Translations under genes and position numbers: made by a program
Source: Candidatus Sumerlaeales bacterium
GTDB lineage: Bacteria; Sumerlaeota; Sumerlaeia; Sumerlaeales; Sumerlaeaceae
Direction of reading: 5' to 3'
NCBI GenBank assembly: GCA_038243585.1
Contig: JBBSQY010000029.1
Span: 1-42,058, forward strand
Length of the DNA: 42,058 bases
Shown here: positions 39,018-42,058 of the stretch, in pieces
How the letters are laid out: every line of letters starts with the position of its first letter
Numbering within the stretch: position 1 is the first letter of the stretch
The notes under the pieces: generated by a model
Seen by the model: only the letters and a program-made list of their open reading frames with translations
What the model was told of the DNA's origin: nothing
The model's database searches: none

Positions 39018-40487
39018 TTGGCAAAAGACCGCGGCAAAAAAAACTTCGTTAGAGAAATTACTCCCAAGTCGGAGGATTTCAGCCAGTGGTATGTGGACGT
39101 GGTCCGCAAAGCCGACCTTGCCGACTACACCTCATTAAAGGGCTGCATGGTTATTAAGCCCTACGGGTTTGGTTTGTGGGAAAACATCCGAGACGGCCTT
39201 GATCGGCGATTCAAGGAGACGGGCCACCAGAACGCCTATTTCCCGCTGCTCGTGCCGGAATCTCTGTTGAACAAGGAAGCAGAACACGTGGAGGGATTCG
39301 CGCCGGAGGTGGCCTGGGTTACCCATGGCGGCAACGAGTTGCTTGAAGAACGGCTGGCGATCCGCCCGACCTCTGAAGCCATCATTTGCTCCATCTACGC
39401 GAACTGGGTGCAGAGCTATCGCGACCTTCCGATTCTGATCAATCAGTGGGCAAACGTTGTCCGGTGGGAAAAAGTAACACGCCTGTTTCTTCGCACGACC
39501 GAGTTCCTATGGCAGGAAGGGCACACCTGTCACCGAACCCATGAAGAGGGCATCGAAGAGACCATGAAGATGCTTCGCGTGTACCAGGAATTCGCGGAGA
39601 CTGAACTGGCGATTCCCGTCATTCCCGGCAAAAAAACCGAAAATGAAAAATTTCCCGGCGCGGTCAACACCTTCACTGTGGAGGCACTGCTGAGCGACGG
39701 CAAGGCGCTGCAATCTGCCACGAGTCATGATCTTGGACAGCATTTTTCGAAGATGTTCGACATCATTTTTGAGGACGAAGATCAACAGCGCAAGCACGTG
39801 TGGCAGACGAGCTGGGGCGCTTCGACGCGGCTGGTGGGCGGGCTGATCATGGCCCACGGCGACGAAAACGGGCTGGTGCTTCCGCCCCGAGTCGCGCCTA
39901 TCCAGGTTGTCATTGTTCCGATTTTCAAGCAGGACAACAAGGTGATGATCCTGGAGAAGGCGCGGGAACTTGCGGCCATGCTGAAGCCTGTCGCGCGGGT
40001 TCACATTGACGATCGCGAACAGTACAGCCCCGGTTGGAAATTCAACCAGTGGGAGATGAAGGGCGTGCCCCTGCGTCTGGAGTTTGGACCGAAGGATCTG
40101 GAGAAAAACCAGTGCGTGCTGGCCCGGCGCGACACCCGGGAAAAAGAATTTATCGCGATCGACGCCCTCGGCAATCGTGTGCCGGATCTGCTGGCGACGA
40201 TCCAGAATGACATGCTTGAGCGCGCCCGCGCATTTCGCGATGAGAACACGCGGACCGTGGCGGACTTTCAGGAGTTCCAGACGGTGCTGGAGGAAAAGCG
40301 GGGCTTTATTAAAGCGCCGTGGTGTGGCGACGGCGCGTGCGAATTGAAGATCAAAGAGCAGACAAAGGCGACGATTCGGTGCATCCCGCTGATGGACAAC
40401 AATGAGCTGGCGCCCGCGCCGGACGCGAACTGCGTCCATTGCGGAGGCAAGGCGCAGCACGAAGTGTTGTTCGCCCGCAGTTACTGA
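39018..40487 (+). CDS. proS: Proline--tRNA ligase (archaeal/eukaryote-like type)
   Basis: EHVEGFAPEVAWVT, RPTSE, QWANVVRWE, FLRTTEFLWQEGHT, TSWG; C-terminal Zn-binding domain ending ARSY; no INS domain. Confidence 0.97.
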   Translation: MAKDRGKKNFVREITPKSEDFSQWYVDVVRKADLADYTSLKGCMVIKPYGFGLWENIRDGLDRRFKETGHQNAYFPLLVPESLLNKEAEHVEGFAPEVAWVTHGGNELLEERLAIRPTSEAIICSIYANWVQSYRDLPILINQWANVVRWEKVTRLFLRTTEFLWQEGHTCHRTHEEGIEETMKMLRVYQEFAETELAIPVIPGKKTENEKFPGAVNTFTVEALLSDGKALQSATSHDLGQHFSKMFDIIFEDEDQQRKHVWQTSWGASTRLVGGLIMAHGDENGLVLPPRVAPIQVVIVPIFKQDNKVMILEKARELAAMLKPVARVHIDDREQYSPGWKFNQWEMKGVPLRLEFGPKDLEKNQCVLARRDTREKEFIAIDALGNRVPDLLATIQNDMLERARAFRDENTRTVADFQEFQTVLEEKRGFIKAPWCGDGACELKIKEQTKATIRCIPLMDNNELAPAPDANCVHCGGKAQHEVLFARSY

Positions 40488-40547
40488 CGCGGCAGTCATA
40501 AGCTTGGAATGATGGCAACAGGTAAAAGAAATCGTTGGAGCGCGCGC

Positions 40548-40689
40548 GTAGGATGGGCATTCCTGCCCGTCTCGAACCCACTTGGGATTAGGCGTTATAC
40601 GCAGGCTTTCTTCTGGCTCAGATCTGACCTTTCAACGCAATTGGGTGTGGATAAACGTCCTCTCAGACGGGCAGGAATGCCCATCCTAC
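40548..40689. repeat. REP doublet (REPIN-like): perfect 25-bp inverted repeats
   Basis: gtaggatgggcattcctgcccgtct (40548-40572) and agacgggcaggaatgcccatcctac (40665-40689); GTAG tetranucleotide end. Confidence 0.85.
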
Positions 40690-40699
40690 ATTTAGATTC

Positions 40700-41809
40700 A
40701 TGATCCGCATTCTCCAACTCTGCTCGACTTCTGACCTGGGTGGGGCTGAGCGCATGGTCCTGAATCTGGCTTCGGTGTTGCCGCGGGATGAATTTGAAAT
40801 TCATGTGGGAGCGCTGGTTGGCTCCGGCGCGCTTATGACCAAGGCTGCGGATCTCGGTCTGCCTGCTGTTCATTTCCAGTTCAGATTTCCGGCGGACCCT
40901 GTTGCCATTTGGCGGCTCGTTGGGTATTGTCGTCGCAATAAAATCCAGATGGTGCAGACTCACGGGCTGCGGGCGGACGCTGTTGCCCGCTGGGCCGCCC
41001 GCATTGGCGGCGCGACCGCGATCATATCCACGCTGCATTCTATCGACCCATGGCGGCGACTGCCTCACGTGATGCTCGACCGGGCGACCGCGCCTTTCGT
41101 CACCCGCTATATTGCCGTGTGTGACGCCGCCCGCCAGGCCGCCGTTCAGCGGGAAAAAATTTCCGTCGATAAATGCGACGTTATTCCCATTGGGGTTCCT
41201 GCCCAGCAAGTTCCGCGTGGAGAGCGGGACGTCATTCGCGCGGGCCTTGGCCTCGCCGCCAACGATTATCCCGTTGTTGGCATTCTCGCCAATCTCCGCG
41301 ATATGAAGGGCCATCGCCATGTTATCTCTGCGCTGCCGGCCATTCTTGAAAAGAATCCCGATGCCCGGTTTCTGTTTGCAGGGCGCGACGACAGCAACGG
41401 CGCCATCGAGGCCGCCGCTCAGGCTGCCGGCGTCCACCACGCCATTCGGTTTCTCGGATTCGTGGAGGAGCCTGTCCGGCTGTTCGCCGCCATGGATATG
41501 TTTCTTCTGCCCAGCGACTGGGAAGGATTTCCGGTTTCTATTCTGGAGGCAATGCAGGCAGGCGTTCCAATTATCGCGTCGCGGGTGGGCGGGATCCCGG
41601 AAATGATTCGCGACCAGCAGGACGGCCTGCTGATCCCGGCGGGGAGCCCGGCGGCTATCGCAGAGGCGGTCAATCTCCTTGCTTATGACTTTGCGCTGCG
41701 AGCATCGCTGGTGCGATCGGCGGATGCGCGCTATCAGTCCAGCTATACGCTGGAAGCCATGGGCAGGCGGATGTCGGAAGTCTATCGCAATGTGACAAAA
41801 ATGACTTGA
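40700..41809 (+). CDS. Glycosyltransferase family 4 protein
   Basis: GGAER, KGH, PSDWEGFPVSILEAM, GGIPE. Confidence 0.93.
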   Translation: MIRILQLCSTSDLGGAERMVLNLASVLPRDEFEIHVGALVGSGALMTKAADLGLPAVHFQFRFPADPVAIWRLVGYCRRNKIQMVQTHGLRADAVARWAARIGGATAIISTLHSIDPWRRLPHVMLDRATAPFVTRYIAVCDAARQAAVQREKISVDKCDVIPIGVPAQQVPRGERDVIRAGLGLAANDYPVVGILANLRDMKGHRHVISALPAILEKNPDARFLFAGRDDSNGAIEAAAQAAGVHHAIRFLGFVEEPVRLFAAMDMFLLPSDWEGFPVSILEAMQAGVPIIASRVGGIPEMIRDQQDGLLIPAGSPAAIAEAVNLLAYDFALRASLVRSADARYQSSYTLEAMGRRMSEVYRNVTKMT

Positions 41810-41875
41810 TAACGCGAGCTGGCGGCATCACAAAACGTACTCACTGATGGACTTGGGCAAAGGGACACCTAAATA

Positions 41876-42058
41876 ATGACGAAGCTTGAAGTAGCTACGA
41901 TGTTGCGGGACCGCACAGGTCTTTCTCAAAAACAGGCTATGGAGTCCGTGGAGCTTTTTCTGGAGTCCATTAAGGAATCCTTAAAGGACGGCGATAAGGT
42001 GTCGCTGGTTGGATTTGGTACGTTTTATCTAAAAACCAAAGATGCGCGTAATGGTCGC
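41876..42058 (+). CDS. hup: HU family DNA-binding protein (partial, runs off right edge)
   Basis: MTKLEVATMLRDRTGLSQKQAMESVELFLESIKESLKDGDKVSLVGFGTFYLKTKDARNGR. Confidence 0.9.
   Translation, partial: MTKLEVATMLRDRTGLSQKQAMESVELFLESIKESLKDGDKVSLVGFGTFYLKTKDARNGR

Overview
Bacterial chromosomal window. It most resembles Candidatus Sumerlaeota (BRC1) or a related PVC-neighbouring lineage; this is inferred from the pilin family and protein C-terminal motifs and is not verified. The left ~16 kb is an accessory patchwork. It contains the 5' part of an isolated phage terminase large subunit gene (missed by the ORF track), a GspG/pilin-like gene, several secreted repeat proteins (Asp-box, beta-helix, WSENxGW-repeat, lamin-tail), a RAYT transposase remnant, a 5'-truncated gene, and REP-like repeats. 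The middle holds transporters, c-di-GMP genes and a palindromic MITE-like element. The right end is core genome (MscK-like channel, ilvC, proS, GT4, HU). The strongest leads are: (1) a Cys-rich beta-helix protein whose loops look like a mosaic of short peptides recalled from unrelated secreted, phage-tail and T6SS proteins; (2) short C-terminal motifs ([A/V]xxWxxY-stop and VPVxLxxY/F) on unrelated secreted proteins, suggesting a lineage-specific sorting system; (3) a lone terminase gene preceded by a 26-bp motif that recurs 13 kb away at nearly the same distance from an ATG. No rRNA, tRNA or CRISPR array was seen.
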